Assembly: GCF_006345805.1 (NCBI RefSeq)
Contig: NC_043003.1
Span: 25,296,001 to 25,360,000 of the forward strand
From: Octopus sinensis
Lineage: Eukaryota
Direction of reading: 5' to 3'
DNA length: 64,000 bases
Made by a program: the position numbers and the translations under genes. Each line of letters starts with the position of its first letter. Position 1 is the stretch's first letter. Shown here one piece after another: positions 11,900-23,213 of this stretch. The notes beneath the pieces were generated by a model. That model was not told the origin of the DNA. It saw only the letters and a program-made list of their open reading frames with translations, and made no database searches.

Positions 11900-12356
11900 G
11901 TAAGTATCAATTATTAGTACGAAAACAAGAAGCTACACTAAGATCTGTCTCAATATTAATTTGTTTGGTAGTTGCAGAATAATTTATTTTCTGGCACAGT
12001 ACTGTAACCACCCAAGTCTTGGTTTTGGAATTCTTTTAGTATTGATTTGTATAGAATTTTTGTTTTGTTGTTATTAACCTTGATTGACCAAACTTAAGAT
12101 CAAAGAAGAGTAAGCTCCTTTTAAAAGTACGATTTACCGTACGATTGAACCGACAGTAAAATTTAATGATAGAAATTAGGAAGAAAAAAAGTTTATCAGT
12201 AATTTTACTATCACTTAAATCGTTGTTATGCATGCTGTAAAATGATTATCTTTAGCATTTTACATCCGTTCCCAATCGAAGAATTTACCTTGATATCGCT
12301 TGTAAACAATGGAGTACGATTCTGGACTCAAATTTCTATATAGTGGTTAGTCAAGA

Positions 12357-13627
12357 GTGCATGGTTTATTATCCTTGCTCTCACGTGTGGATTGGCATTT
12401 TTTAGAAGAGATGGCATTTGAACGGACTCTAAATGACATTTATTTAACTGTGAATAAGCTGAATAACAATAAGTCTCCAGGGTCTGATGGAATCTGTGCA
12501 GAGGTCTTGAAATATAGGGATGACCCAATGGTTGAACTCTTAAATATATTATGAGGAAGTGCCTTAAGACTGGATTGATGCCATTTTTGTCTTCTTGTAT
12601 AAATTGGGGCCAAAGGATCTATGTGGTAATTTTCGTGGGATTTTGCTTTTGCCTGTAGTTGGAAAGGTAGTTGCCCACATTCTGTTAGACTGTTTAAATA
12701 CGTTCATAGTTCCAAATATAGTGTCTGAGTCTCAGTGTGGTTTTCACTTCTCCAGGGGCACAGTTGATTGTATCTTTACTATCAGACAATTTCAGGAAAA
12801 GTGCATTGAACAGAATTTTACCCTATACCATTGCTTTGTTGATTTAAGCAAGGTATTTAATACTGTTAATTGAAATGCTCTGTGGCTAATTCTAAGGGAA
12901 ATAAGTTACCCAGAAAAATTTGTAAACATGACCAGGGCTTTGCATCAAGATATGAAAGCTAGAGTTAATTTTGGTAGTAGACTTTTTGCCATGAAAATGT
13001 CTTTGCTTCTGCGATGGTCTGGCCATATTGTCCGAATGGCGGATGAATGCATACCCAAACAGCTGTTTTTATGGTGAGCTTGCAGAAAGGAAATGCAATC
13101 GATGTAAAAGAGGTTTAAAGATGGCATAAGGACTACCATGAAGTCCAGACTGAGTTGGATGGCAAGCATAGGTGTGGAGTGAAGTGAAAGCTTTTGAGGA
13201 GGCTAAGATGACATATGCAAGACTCAAGATAGATTTAAAGACGACTGTTGCAATTGAGAAGATGAACCTCAGTGACCTTTTTTGTACAAAGTTTGTGACA
13301 GATCATGCCTTTCTTTTGCTGAGCTTAAATCTCATTTGCAAACCCATGAACAACAAACCTCCACCAACTACTCTGCCTATATATTTGTACACATCTTTCA
13401 ATGCTGTGTATGCCATTGGGTCTACAAATCTAACGGAGACCTCAAAAGATATTTAAGATCCACAAAGATCAGAACTTAACTGCAGCTCTTGGTGGTCCAA
13501 ATCAGATATGCAATCTATGTGGGTGTCTTTTCAATACATTGGTTTAAAAAGTCATATCAGATGCCATGATGAATCTAAGGAGTAAGTACAATAGGTGGCC
13601 AGACTTTGCATAAGGAGTAGACAACCA

Positions 13628-13630
<3 letters not shown>
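12357..13630 (+). mobile_element. Degenerate, internally deleted RTE-clade LINE (family R2) with three C-terminal C2H2 fingers
   Basis: RT motifs NKSPGSDGI, NFRGILLL, ESQCGF...RGTVDCIFTIRQFQEKC and FVDLSKVF, then a jump to LRWSGHIVRMADECIPKQLF. The C-terminus has VCDRSCLSFAELKSHLQTH, CCVCHWVYKSNGDLKRYL and CNLCGCLF/GLKSHIRCH, ending at a (TA)n. Confidence 0.88.

Positions 13631-13681
<51 letters not shown>
13631..13681. repeat. (TA)n microsatellite
   Basis: About 25 TA units directly after the R2 LINE. Confidence 0.95.
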
Positions 13682-13684
<3 letters not shown>

Positions 13685-13919
13685 GCTGAAGATTGCTCTA
13701 CATTTTAACTTGATGTAATGTTTGCATTGTTCAATTAAATGGAGTCATGTGAAAACGATTGTACTGCATTACCTCTGGATATCCTTGGTGATTATTTTGA
13801 TTATATATATATATATATATATAGAGGGAGAGAGAGAGAGAGAGAGACACCCACATACACACATCTGACTTTCAGTATCTTTTTATCTCTAATAATACTT
13901 GAGTTGACATTTATAGTAT

Positions 13920-13936
13920 ATTTTCTTTTATTTCAG
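13920..13936 (+). promoter_or_regulatory. Putative splice acceptor of the ZNF-2 terminal exon (TTTTCTTTTATTTCAG|ATT)
   Basis: Strong pyrimidine tract plus CAG, with the same TTTCAG|ATT junction as ZNF-1. Confidence 0.65.
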
Positions 13937-14252
13937 ATTTTCACAACCAATTGAGATAATCATTTCTCGTCCAAGCTACGTCATCAAATTCATATTTTGA
14001 AGACTGCAATTATGTGTAGTAGAACACCTGTTACATTGTTTACTTCTCTTCAGTTAAAATCTGCATTATTTCTTCTGATTTCCAACATACAATAAAAGCA
14101 CTTTTATGCTATATTCACATGTTAACTGAATGATTTTGTCATGAACTTAAACTTGAAAAGCTGACTAATTATTTTCACTTAGACTGTGTACTGGCTCTTT
14201 CAGATTTTGATTTAACTAAATGGCTGGAACTAGTTTAAGAATTTATTTTGAC

Positions 14253-14475
14253 TTAACCCACTTAGCATTTAAATTGGTTATATTTGACCCAAATATTCTA
14301 TCTGATTTATGTTCAGACTGGCCAGATCCTACCTATCACACCTACTCTCATTCTAGAAAATAAACAATCACATCATTGAAATCTCGAAGCTACATGATAA
14401 TATAGGATTAATTCAAAACAATGTGAATAAATAAGCATCATATTTGACAGAATAATCTGAATGCTAAAGGGTTAA
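14253..14475. mobile_element. TTAA-flanked MITE (piggyBac-like ends)
   Basis: TTAACCCACTTAGCATT ... AATGCTAAAGGGTTAA; an inverted homologue lies at 19747-19936. Confidence 0.8.
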
Positions 14476-14729
14476 AAATTACCAAATTTAGTTCTGGAAA
14501 AGGATTCTATCCTACAAGAAATTAGACTACAAATCTCTGCAGTTGAGAAAACTTCAAATTTAATGAGAGGGAAAGAGGAAAAAAATAGGACTATTTTACA
14601 GAAAGTATAGGTTTAGAATAATTCTTTGGAAATTTGTTCCAACATGTCCTAACCATGATGGCTAAAACAGACTAAAGAACATAAATCAGAAAAGTAAAAT
14701 AATTTTTGTGATTTGTAAAAGAGAACATA

Positions 14730-16073
14730 ATGGAAGATGAATCAAAGAGTCAGCTTTTTGGAAAAACACAGCTGGAAAATATTGATTTTTCTCATGAGAA
14801 ACAAGGAGAGATGGAGAATAAATCCCACTCCAAAGACATTTTTGCAACAAAAAATAATTTAAAGGAAAAAAAATTTCCTCACTCTGGATCAAAGTCTTAC
14901 CAATGTAAAGAATGTGGGAGAAATTTTACAAGAAACAGTTCTTTATATCGGCACCAGCTTATTCATACGGGAGAGAAGCCATACCATTGTGATATCTGTG
15001 GTCGAATGTTTTCACAAGAGAACAGTTTACATAGACACAAGTATATTCACACAGGGAAGAAACCATACCAATGTGATATTTGTGGGAAAAGGTATAATGG
15101 GAATAGTGATTTATCTTGGCACAAACGTACACACACAGGGGAGAAACCATACTGCTGTGATGTCTGTGGTAAAAGGTTTACCGGAAATAGTGATTTATCT
15201 CGGCATAAACGAATTCACATGAGAGAAAGATCACATCAGTGTGAAATCTGTGATAAAACATTCTCTACAAGTAGCCATTTATACAGGCACATACGTATTC
15301 ATTCAGAGGATAAGCCATCATACCAGTGTAATATTTGTGGCCAAACATTCTCAACCAGTGCTAATCTATCTCGCCATATACGTATTCACACAGGAGAAAA
15401 GCCATACCAGTGTGATATATGTGGTAAGGAATTCTCGAGAAAATATGTTTTATTCAGTCACAAAAATAGTCACTCACAAGTAAAGCCATACCACTGTAAT
15501 ATCTGTGGTAAAATGTTCTCTTACAGTACTGGTTTAAATAGTCATAAACAGACTCATACAGAAGATACACCACACCACTGTGATATCTCTGATGAAAACT
15601 TCTCAGACAGCATTAGTTTATCTTCCCATAAACATACTCACACAGAGGAGAAACTATACTGCTGTGATGTCTGTGGTAAATCATTCTCTGTCAACAGTAA
15701 TTTATGTAGCCATAAACGTATTCACACTGGAGAGAAACCATACCATTGTGATATCTGTAATAAAACATTTTCTAGGAGTAACTCTTTGTCTATTCACAAA
15801 CGTTTTCACACAGGAGAGAAGCCTTATCGCTGCAATATCTGTGGTAAATCATTCTTTGCTGCTAGCGGTTTGTATTTCCACAAACGAACTCACACAGGAG
15901 AGAAACCATACCATTGTGAAATCTGTGGTAAAACATTTTCTATGAGTTTTAGTTTATCTAACCACAAACGTACACACACGGGAGAGAAACCGTATCACTG
16001 TGGTGATTGTGGTAAAACATTTACTTGCAACAGTTCTTTGTATCGTCACAAAAGGATTCACAGAAAAGATTAA
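14730..16073 (+). CDS. ZNF-2: C2H2 zinc-finger protein, 447 aa, 14 finger units (unit 9 has C>S), N-terminal charged leader of about 55 aa
   Basis: Uninterrupted ATG-initiated ORF with tandem fingers and TGEKPY linkers. Confidence 0.93.
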   Translation: MEDESKSQLFGKTQLENIDFSHEKQGEMENKSHSKDIFATKNNLKEKKFPHSGSKSYQCKECGRNFTRNSSLYRHQLIHTGEKPYHCDICGRMFSQENSLHRHKYIHTGKKPYQCDICGKRYNGNSDLSWHKRTHTGEKPYCCDVCGKRFTGNSDLSRHKRIHMRERSHQCEICDKTFSTSSHLYRHIRIHSEDKPSYQCNICGQTFSTSANLSRHIRIHTGEKPYQCDICGKEFSRKYVLFSHKNSHSQVKPYHCNICGKMFSYSTGLNSHKQTHTEDTPHHCDISDENFSDSISLSSHKHTHTEEKLYCCDVCGKSFSVNSNLCSHKRIHTGEKPYHCDICNKTFSRSNSLSIHKRFHTGEKPYRCNICGKSFFAASGLYFHKRTHTGEKPYHCEICGKTFSMSFSLSNHKRTHTGEKPYHCGDCGKTFTCNSSLYRHKRIHRKD

Positions 16074-16390
16074 TAATATTTGAGGCACACCCTATAACAC
16101 TGAATGGAATTTGTGAACAAAAAAATATTTACAGCTCTCTGACACACTACCATTGTCATATATGTCCATGCATGTTGTTATTTTACTGATTTCAGGAGTG
16201 TGGACATGCTGGAGCACTGCCTTTATGGGTTTCAGTTAATTGCATTGTCACTACTACTGTACCTTTTCAGTTGTTTATTAATTACAGAAGGGTAAAAAGC
16301 AAGATAGATCGATCTGAACTTAAAGTGATATAAAGGAATATTTCCAAATATTCAGATAACCTGTCAAGTAAAAGTTCTTAAATAGACAAG

Positions 16391-16719
16391 ACAAGCAAAA
16401 TGCCCCCCAATGGACAGTGCTGAGTTGTCAAACATTTAAACCAAATTTTCTCAAAACAACTTGTCCGACCGTCCCATAGGCCTCCCCTTTGAAAAACACT
16501 AATCGCAACAGCTGATGTACTTGCACGTACAAATGCACATTCCCACAGCTTTATTGATCGCATTCTTACCTGGAATCAATTTTTATAATTTTTTCAAGAT
16601 TTATACACGCCCTGATACCGTCGGTATCTACACATCAAATTTGAGCTCAATTGGATGGAGGATGCCCGAGATCCTAGAAGACACACACACAGACAGACAG
16701 AACAGATTTTATATAATAG
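16391..16719 (+). mobile_element. Non-autonomous Helentron/HINE-like element
   Basis: Highly similar to 26711-27082. Ends in CACACAGACAGACAG...TTTTATATA, a microsatellite-plus-TTTATATA terminus typical of DINE-1/HINE-like elements. Confidence 0.6.
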
Positions 16720-16813
16720 CTGATTGTTATTGTTATTGGAAACAAACTACATTGGTATTTATTGCACAAATTCCAACATGATTAAGTTTCACATATTCTA
16801 AGGGCTTCATTAT

Positions 16814-17172
16814 TTATGTACACTGTTTACATTAATCAGAGTGGTGTTCTCACCTTGATTGTTGCTTTCACTATGTTTCGGCTGTTATTCAGGTGTCTTG
16901 CGAGTCCCCTTTGTGTGCTTTGCTTGGGAATGAACTCAAAACTTCTAGGTGACTGCACTGCATTAAATAATGCCTTTATCACTATGCCGTGCCCATAGGC
17001 AGTGATTGAGTGAATCCTAGATAAGGCATTAAGGAGGATTACAAGACACCTGAAGAAGACTGGAGTGTACAACAGCTGAAATGTAGTGAAAGCAACAATC
17101 AAGATGAGGACACCACTCTGACGAATGTAAACAGTATACATAATGTAAATTTTTCATCTCAGAAATATAGAA
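16814..17172. mobile_element. Inverted pair of Penelope-like element termini (foldback) carrying hammerhead-like cores
   Basis: 16814-16887 matches the reverse complement of 17070-17143 at about 65 of 73 positions, with an inner perfect 13-bp IR (TTCAGGTGTCTTG / CAAGACACCTGAA). The right arm contains CTGAAGA...GAAA. Confidence 0.65.
17047..17088 (+). ncRNA. Candidate minimal type I hammerhead ribozyme (slightly degenerate)
   Basis: CAC-CTGAAGA-[AG(A)CTG loop CAGCT]-GAA-A-TG-T-A-GTG. Stem I is CAC/GTG, stem II has 5 bp with one bulge, stem III is minimal and the triplet is GUA. Confidence 0.5.
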
Positions 17173-19157
17173 TTGGTTTCATTATTGTATTAATATTTAG
17201 ATTTATCATATGAATCCATCCTAACATTATTCAATTTAACGCAGCCCTTACTATAAATGAAATGGAAAGCTGTGTGATTTGCAAATATGCTTTATAAAAA
17301 TTTATAAATTTTTCCCTAAAATATTCTTAAATATTACAGTTTCAATTAATTTTGCTTGAGATTAAATTTAACATCCAGCCTGGTTTATAAATCCAAACAG
17401 TTATATTCACTGTTGTACTATCTTTAACATTATTTGGAGGTGTATTAGATGTTTTACTTTCTTTAAATGATGTTTTAATATCAAAAATTTTCACAAACAA
17501 AAAATAGGTATTATTAATATATGCAGTAAAAGGTTGTATGGATATGTGCTATGGCATTATGTGTAATACAGTATCAGGTGTGCATAGATAGTTTTGAAAA
17601 CTATTTCTATACAGTTTTTTAATAATACCTGTACCTTTAACATGTCACTACTATGTAACAGTAATTTAGTAGACATAACCTCACTTTTCTACTGGGATTT
17701 ATTAAGATAAAGGATATCACAATGTGCTCACATACACAAAAATAATGATAATAATAATTGTACTGTGATAATTAACACCTTATATTTGGATAAAATGTCA
17801 TATGAAAAAAATAAAATGCATCAGAATGAAATCAGTTTTTTGTTTTTTTTAAGAAAATGCAAATAAAAGTATAAAATAGTTATTTGTGTTATTTTATCTA
17901 TAACATTTTTTCAGCCTGAAATTTCTGCTACTATAGATATTGTAGTGACCAACTGAAAACTTCTCTGTTATTTTTAGTTCTGGGTGGAATTTTTGCTGAC
18001 AGCAGTGGTGTGTAAATTTGTCCTATTCACCGACAGTGGTTCTATGTCTCTTATCATTTGTTCTTTTGAAGCATCATGCAGTGAAAGAGTGATGAACAAA
18101 ATTTTAAAAGGTTTAAACATAAAATAACGTATAGTAATATTTGATACTTTCACTAGAAGCCAGTACTTAGTTCTGGTGTTGGTTCTGTTAAATGAACGAC
18201 AAGCAAATCTACCACTTGTACAGGATGCCACAGTATCACAGTTTACTTGGCCAAAGTACCCTTTATGGTTAAATCAAAGGAGAAAGAGCAGTGCTCTTAA
18301 TTTTTTTTAAAAAGAATTGGATACTTGTGGGGGAAAATGGAAGAATAAACAAAGTCCAAATGCTTGTAACTGAGTGGATTCAGCTAGACACTCAAAGCCA
18401 GTTTGTGGTGTTAAACAAAATGATGGGCTAAGTCTGCCACCCAAAAACATGTAGAGACTTCTACACAGTTTCTATTCACCCAACATCAATCAATTTCATG
18501 AACATAGTTTAAGTCAACCTGAGACACTTGTCTAAGATACCACACAATTGGGATTAAAACCAAAAATGCATGATTGCAAAGCAGATTTATTACCAACATG
18601 CCCATATCTGCTCCCAATAACTGGGTAAACTAGAAACATGTAGCATAGCATTTTGTTTAAAGAATACAGTATGCTGGTAGTAAACTTGGCCATTTTAGTT
18701 TGCTAATGTATGATAGATATTAGATGAACAAAAATTGTGGTTAAGCACCAGATCAGACCTATGTTCAAAGATGTTCCAGATATTACAACCCCATCTTTCT
18801 TTTTGGTGTCTACAGGACTACATTATCCAATATGACCTTTTTTTCTCCGGTAGACTGTGATTTGAGTGAGACATGATTATTATTTCTAGCATGTAAGTAA
18901 ATGTGTGGTGTAAACTGGTTGATGTCAGAGAGTCAAAGAAAACCGTTTTCCCCATTACTAATATAAGTATTAGTACATCAGTTGCTCTTGAGTTCCTCTA
19001 TGGCTTACACCTTAAAGACATGCAGTTGTCACGTTTTGTCCTTTATGATATTTCTAGAAGAAATAACATAATATTTAACAATTCTAGAAGAAAAGAAAGA
19101 TATAATTCAATGGTTACAAACTCTGTTTTTGATGTTATTTGATCCAACCTGATACTT

Positions 19158-19310
19158 ACAAACATTGTAGAAATACAGCTTTTTCACCTGTTGGAGATAT
19201 TTCTGTCACGATGACCAACAATTTAGCCACTGATTTCATAGGGATAAGTTCCCACCCACCAAGTGTCTGTAATTAAGGTATTTGTTTCAGACAATGATTT
19301 ACCTAAATTA
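19158..19310 (-). pseudogene. Isolated zinc-finger-derived relic, paralogous to 21486-21628
   Basis: About 150-bp near-copy of the ZNF-3 downstream region. The minus strand reads GKSLSETNTLIT and PTGEKLYFYNVC in shifted frames. Confidence 0.6.
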
Positions 19311-19746
19311 TTCCTATAAACTGTGTATAAACACCAACATGCTTCAAGTGATGCCAATGCTTTGGTTTGATTTAGGCCTCCTTAGTGATAGGCAGTGTTG
19401 GATGTTTGGAGCTAGCTAAGAACTCCTACACCTTCCTATAGAAATCAGCAAATAAAACATTTGTAGATACATGCAAAGTTGTTCTTTGAGACAAAATCCA
19501 ACAGAAAAAATTGCTTTATGAATGTTATGAATAGATGCACATACCATTGTTCTTATTTTCAGTTTCATGTGCTCATAATAATTTAGTCTAGTTACAATAG
19601 ATCTGGAAAGTGAAAACATCACATTAATTTAAGAATTAAGACTTCAACTGGAGTGATAATTGTTATTCATAATAAAATAGTGGTATATCTATGTGTTTCT
19701 ATTTGGAGAGGAGGTAAAAGAAAATCTACAGTCAATATACTTTAGA

Positions 19747-19936
19747 TTAATCCTTTAGCATTCAGATTATTGCCAAGTGTAATGCTTATCTCATAGCCTT
19801 GAGATAATGACAATGTGATTGCTTATTTTTAGAATAACATTGTAGGGTAGGTGTGAGAGGTTGGATCTGACTGGTTTGAGCATAAAACAAGTAGATTATT
19901 TGGGTCAGATATGTCCAGTTTAAATGCTAAAGTTAA
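19747..19936. mobile_element. TTAA-flanked MITE, second copy (internally deleted)
   Basis: TTAATCCTTTAGCATT ... AATGCTAAAGTTAA; reverse-complement homologue of 14253-14475. Confidence 0.78.
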
Positions 19937-20429
19937 CTTACAGTACATAGTTTCAAACAGCAAATCTTTGTTGTGTAAGTGTGACATATAATGACTATTC
20001 AAAACTTCATAAAGAATAAAGACTGAAGCAGGGCAAAGTTATCTATCATGTTACTGGGACTCATAAATGACAAATGATAATACAATATATAACAGATCTG
20101 TCCAATGCATGGCATGGAAAAATGAATATTTATTTTCATTAAACTAAATGTTGAGACAAGCAAATTTACATTCAGCTTAACCATTGAAGTCCAAAGAAAT
20201 TAAGCCATAAATAAAAGTGTATACAAAGGGATAAATTTCTTTGATGAGATTCATACAGTGAAGTTCAGTATAGAATATTTCACATAATGCCCTGTTATAG
20301 TATCGTAAAATAGTTCATTTTTGTTTTGAAAATTATTTTTGATTCTTGCAAAACTTAACAACAGATTCTTTGTTGTTTAACTTTTTCATTACCATATTTC
20401 AGTTGAAATACTCTGCCTTTGTTTAAATT

Positions 20430-20683
20430 CATCATCATCATCATCATCGTTTAACGTCCGTTTTCCATGCTAGCATGGGTTAGACGGTTCAACTGGGATC
20501 TGGGAAGCCAGGAGGCTGCACCAGGCTCCAGTCTGATCTAGCAGTGTTTCTACAGCTGGATGCCCTTTGTAACGCCAACCACTCTGTGAGTGTAGTGGGT
20601 GCTTTTTACATGCCACTGGCATAGGTGCCAGGGGAGGCTGGCAACGGCCACGATCGGTTGGTGCTTTTTACATGCCACCGGCA
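20430..20683 (-). mobile_element. R1 LINE 3' UTR fragment
   Basis: (CAT)n-CGTTTAACGTCCG tail, the GCTGGATGCCCT core and two GGTGCTTTTTACATGCCAC units. Confidence 0.85.
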
Positions 20684-21485
20684 GAGATAAATTAATTTTG
20701 AAAAATAATGAAGAATTTAGTAAAATAACTGTAATTATTCAGCTGATGTTTTAACATGGCATTTTGCTGGAAGGTTTAAATTTAGATCACTTTAAAACAG
20801 CAAGTTTGTTTCAAAGAACCAAGGATGTTGGTATTAAAAGGGTTTAACAACAAATTATTGTTGTTTGTATCAACATTACTATTTGGTCAATTTTAAAGTT
20901 CGTTTTCCAATCACATGGCTCTCTGTTTGATTTCACTGCATTACATCTTGCTTTAGTATCTTTTCTTAGAAACTTTGGCTGACCCAAGCATCAAGAGTGA
21001 AACTGTGTAGACTGGAACTGTGTGGAAGACTGTGTGATGGACTGTGCTCGGTCTTAGGTCATCACCAGGTTGGCCTTTAGAAGCCTTTGGTATAGTCCAC
21101 TCTGTTGTAAGCATTCACATCATTTTACTGGTACGAATATATCTTGATATGCTGCTTCCCACTATAGTAACATAAAATTAATGGTTTCTTCATTCATTTC
21201 TCCCGTTAGTCCGGCTCTTGTAAAAGGTCATGGGTGCAACTCTTCTCCCCTCCAAAAAAACAAAAAAACACAGAGAAAAAAAAGGTACTTAAATCACAGT
21301 TGTAAACTTTGTTATCAGTTTGGATATATTTGTGGCTATATAAAATATTTTAGGGAGTATTTCATCTAATCCAGCAGTATTTTTTACAGTTGGGAAGTTA
21401 TTTTGTCATGGATCGCTCATATTTTAGGATATACTCAGTGTGAATAAATCAAATGATTGCACTGCAAGAATGCTAATTTCTCCAC

Positions 21486-21628
21486 AAACATTGCAGAAAT
21501 ATAGCTTTTCACCAGTTGGAGATATTTCGATCAATGACAGACAATTTAGCCACTGATTACAAAGGGATAAGTTCCCACCCACCAACTGTCTGTAATCAAG
21601 GTATTTGTTTTTGACAATGATTTACCAA
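21486..21628 (-). pseudogene. Fossil zinc-finger sequence downstream of ZNF-3
   Basis: Retains AATGATTTACC (GKS codons) and CTTTTCACCAGT (TGEK codons); paralogous to 19158-19310. Confidence 0.55.
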
Positions 21629-22067
21629 AAATATGATAATGATATTACATCATGGCACAGCCATGATAACCATGTAAAAGCATACAAAATCTGTTGTATT
21701 TCCTTTTCATTTCTTTCTTAAGATGTCAAAATTCTCACTACACTTTTGCCTCCTGATCACCAAGACAATTCTACTGCAACTGTTGAAAATTAGTTCCTGG
21801 AAAGTTTTTGTAAGCCTCAGCGGGATTCCTTTACTTTCTCACTTTTTCTTTTGTTGAACTCTCAGACATACAGGTCAGCTGCCCAATCATTGCTTCACCT
21901 TCACAGATAAATTGCAATTTAGGGACAATAAATCCATACGAATTTAAAAGATACCATTTCAGAGGAAGCATTACCAAAGTAATTATATCAGCGATTAGGT
22001 TCTTCTCCAGAATGAAGATGTTTGCATTTGGTTACCTTTAACTAAAACAATGAATTTACCACACATA

Positions 22068-23213
22068 TCAGTTATCTGGCTTCTCTTCTGTATGAATTTT
22101 TTTGTGTCTAGTTAAATGCTTTTTTTCAGAAAATGATTTGTTGCAGACATCACAACTGTATGACTTCTCTCCTGTATTTTGATGTGTATTTGAATGACAT
22201 CTTTGAGAAAATGATTTATTACACACACTACAATGATATGGTTTCTCTCCAGTATGAATATGTACATGTTTCATTAAAGGACTGATTTCAGGAAATAATT
22301 CACCACATACATCACACTGATATGGTGTCTCTTCTGTGTGGATTCGAATGTGTGTTGCTAATATGTTTCTATGAGAGAATGATTCATCACAGATATCACA
22401 CTGATATGGCTTCTCTTCTTCATGAATACAATTGTGTTTGGTCACTTGGTTCATGTCAAGGAAGAATTTACCACAAACATCACAGCGGTATGGTCCTTCT
22501 TCAGCATGAATAAGCTGGTGTCTATTTAAGGCAGTTTTCTGAGAAAATGATCGATCACATATATCACAGTGAAATGGCTTCTCACCTGTATGAACACGTT
22601 TATGCCTAGTCAAGCCACTTCTTTGAGGGAATGCTTTATCACATATATCACACTGAAATGGTTTCTCTCCAGTATGAATACGTGTGTGATGGGTTATTTG
22701 GCTGACACAAGTGAATGATTTGCCACATATATCACAGTGATACGGCTTCTTTTCTTTATGAATATACTTGTGTGTATTTAAATTACTTTTTTGTGAGAAA
22801 CGCCTGAAGCATATATCACATTGATATGGTTTCTCTCCAGTATGAATAAGTACGTGTTTAGTTAAATTGTTTCTTTCAGAGAATGATTTACCACAAATAT
22901 CACAATGATATGGCTTTTCTCCTCCGTGAATGTATTTGTGTGTGGATAAGTGACATTTTCGTGAGAAAGATTTACTACAGATATCACAGTGATATGTCTT
23001 TTCATCTGTATGAATATGTTTGTGTCGAGTTAAGCTTCCCCTCCGAGAGAAAGTTTTTCCACAGATTTCACAGAGGGATGCATTTTCTCGCATATGATTA
23101 AATTTATGTGCTGTTAGAACTCTTTTCTGAGAGAAGGTTTGACCACAGATATCACAAGGATATCGATTCTCTCCTGTTGGAATACGTTTATGTTGAGATA
23201 TTAAACTGCTCAT
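22068..23213 (-). CDS. ZNF-3: C2H2 zinc-finger protein, 381 aa, 13 finger units (unit 12 truncated)
   Basis: Uninterrupted ATG-initiated ORF with tandem fingers. Confidence 0.92.
   Translation of the reverse strand: MSSLISQHKRIPTGENRYPCDICGQTFSQKRVLTAHKFNHMRENASLCEICGKTFSRRGSLTRHKHIHTDEKTYHCDICSKSFSRKCHLSTHKYIHGGEKPYHCDICGKSFSERNNLTKHVLIHTGEKPYQCDICFRRFSQKSNLNTHKYIHKEKKPYHCDICGKSFTCVSQITHHTRIHTGEKPFQCDICDKAFPQRSGLTRHKRVHTGEKPFHCDICDRSFSQKTALNRHQLIHAEEGPYRCDVCGKFFLDMNQVTKHNCIHEEEKPYQCDICDESFSHRNILATHIRIHTEETPYQCDVCGELFPEISPLMKHVHIHTGEKPYHCSVCNKSFSQRCHSNTHQNTGEKSYSCDVCNKSFSEKKHLTRHKKIHTEEKPDN

Noticed and set aside
12126-12322. Three copies of GTACGATT in ZNF-2 intron 1
   Set aside because: An 8-mer not found at equivalent positions in the other cassettes; insufficient support.
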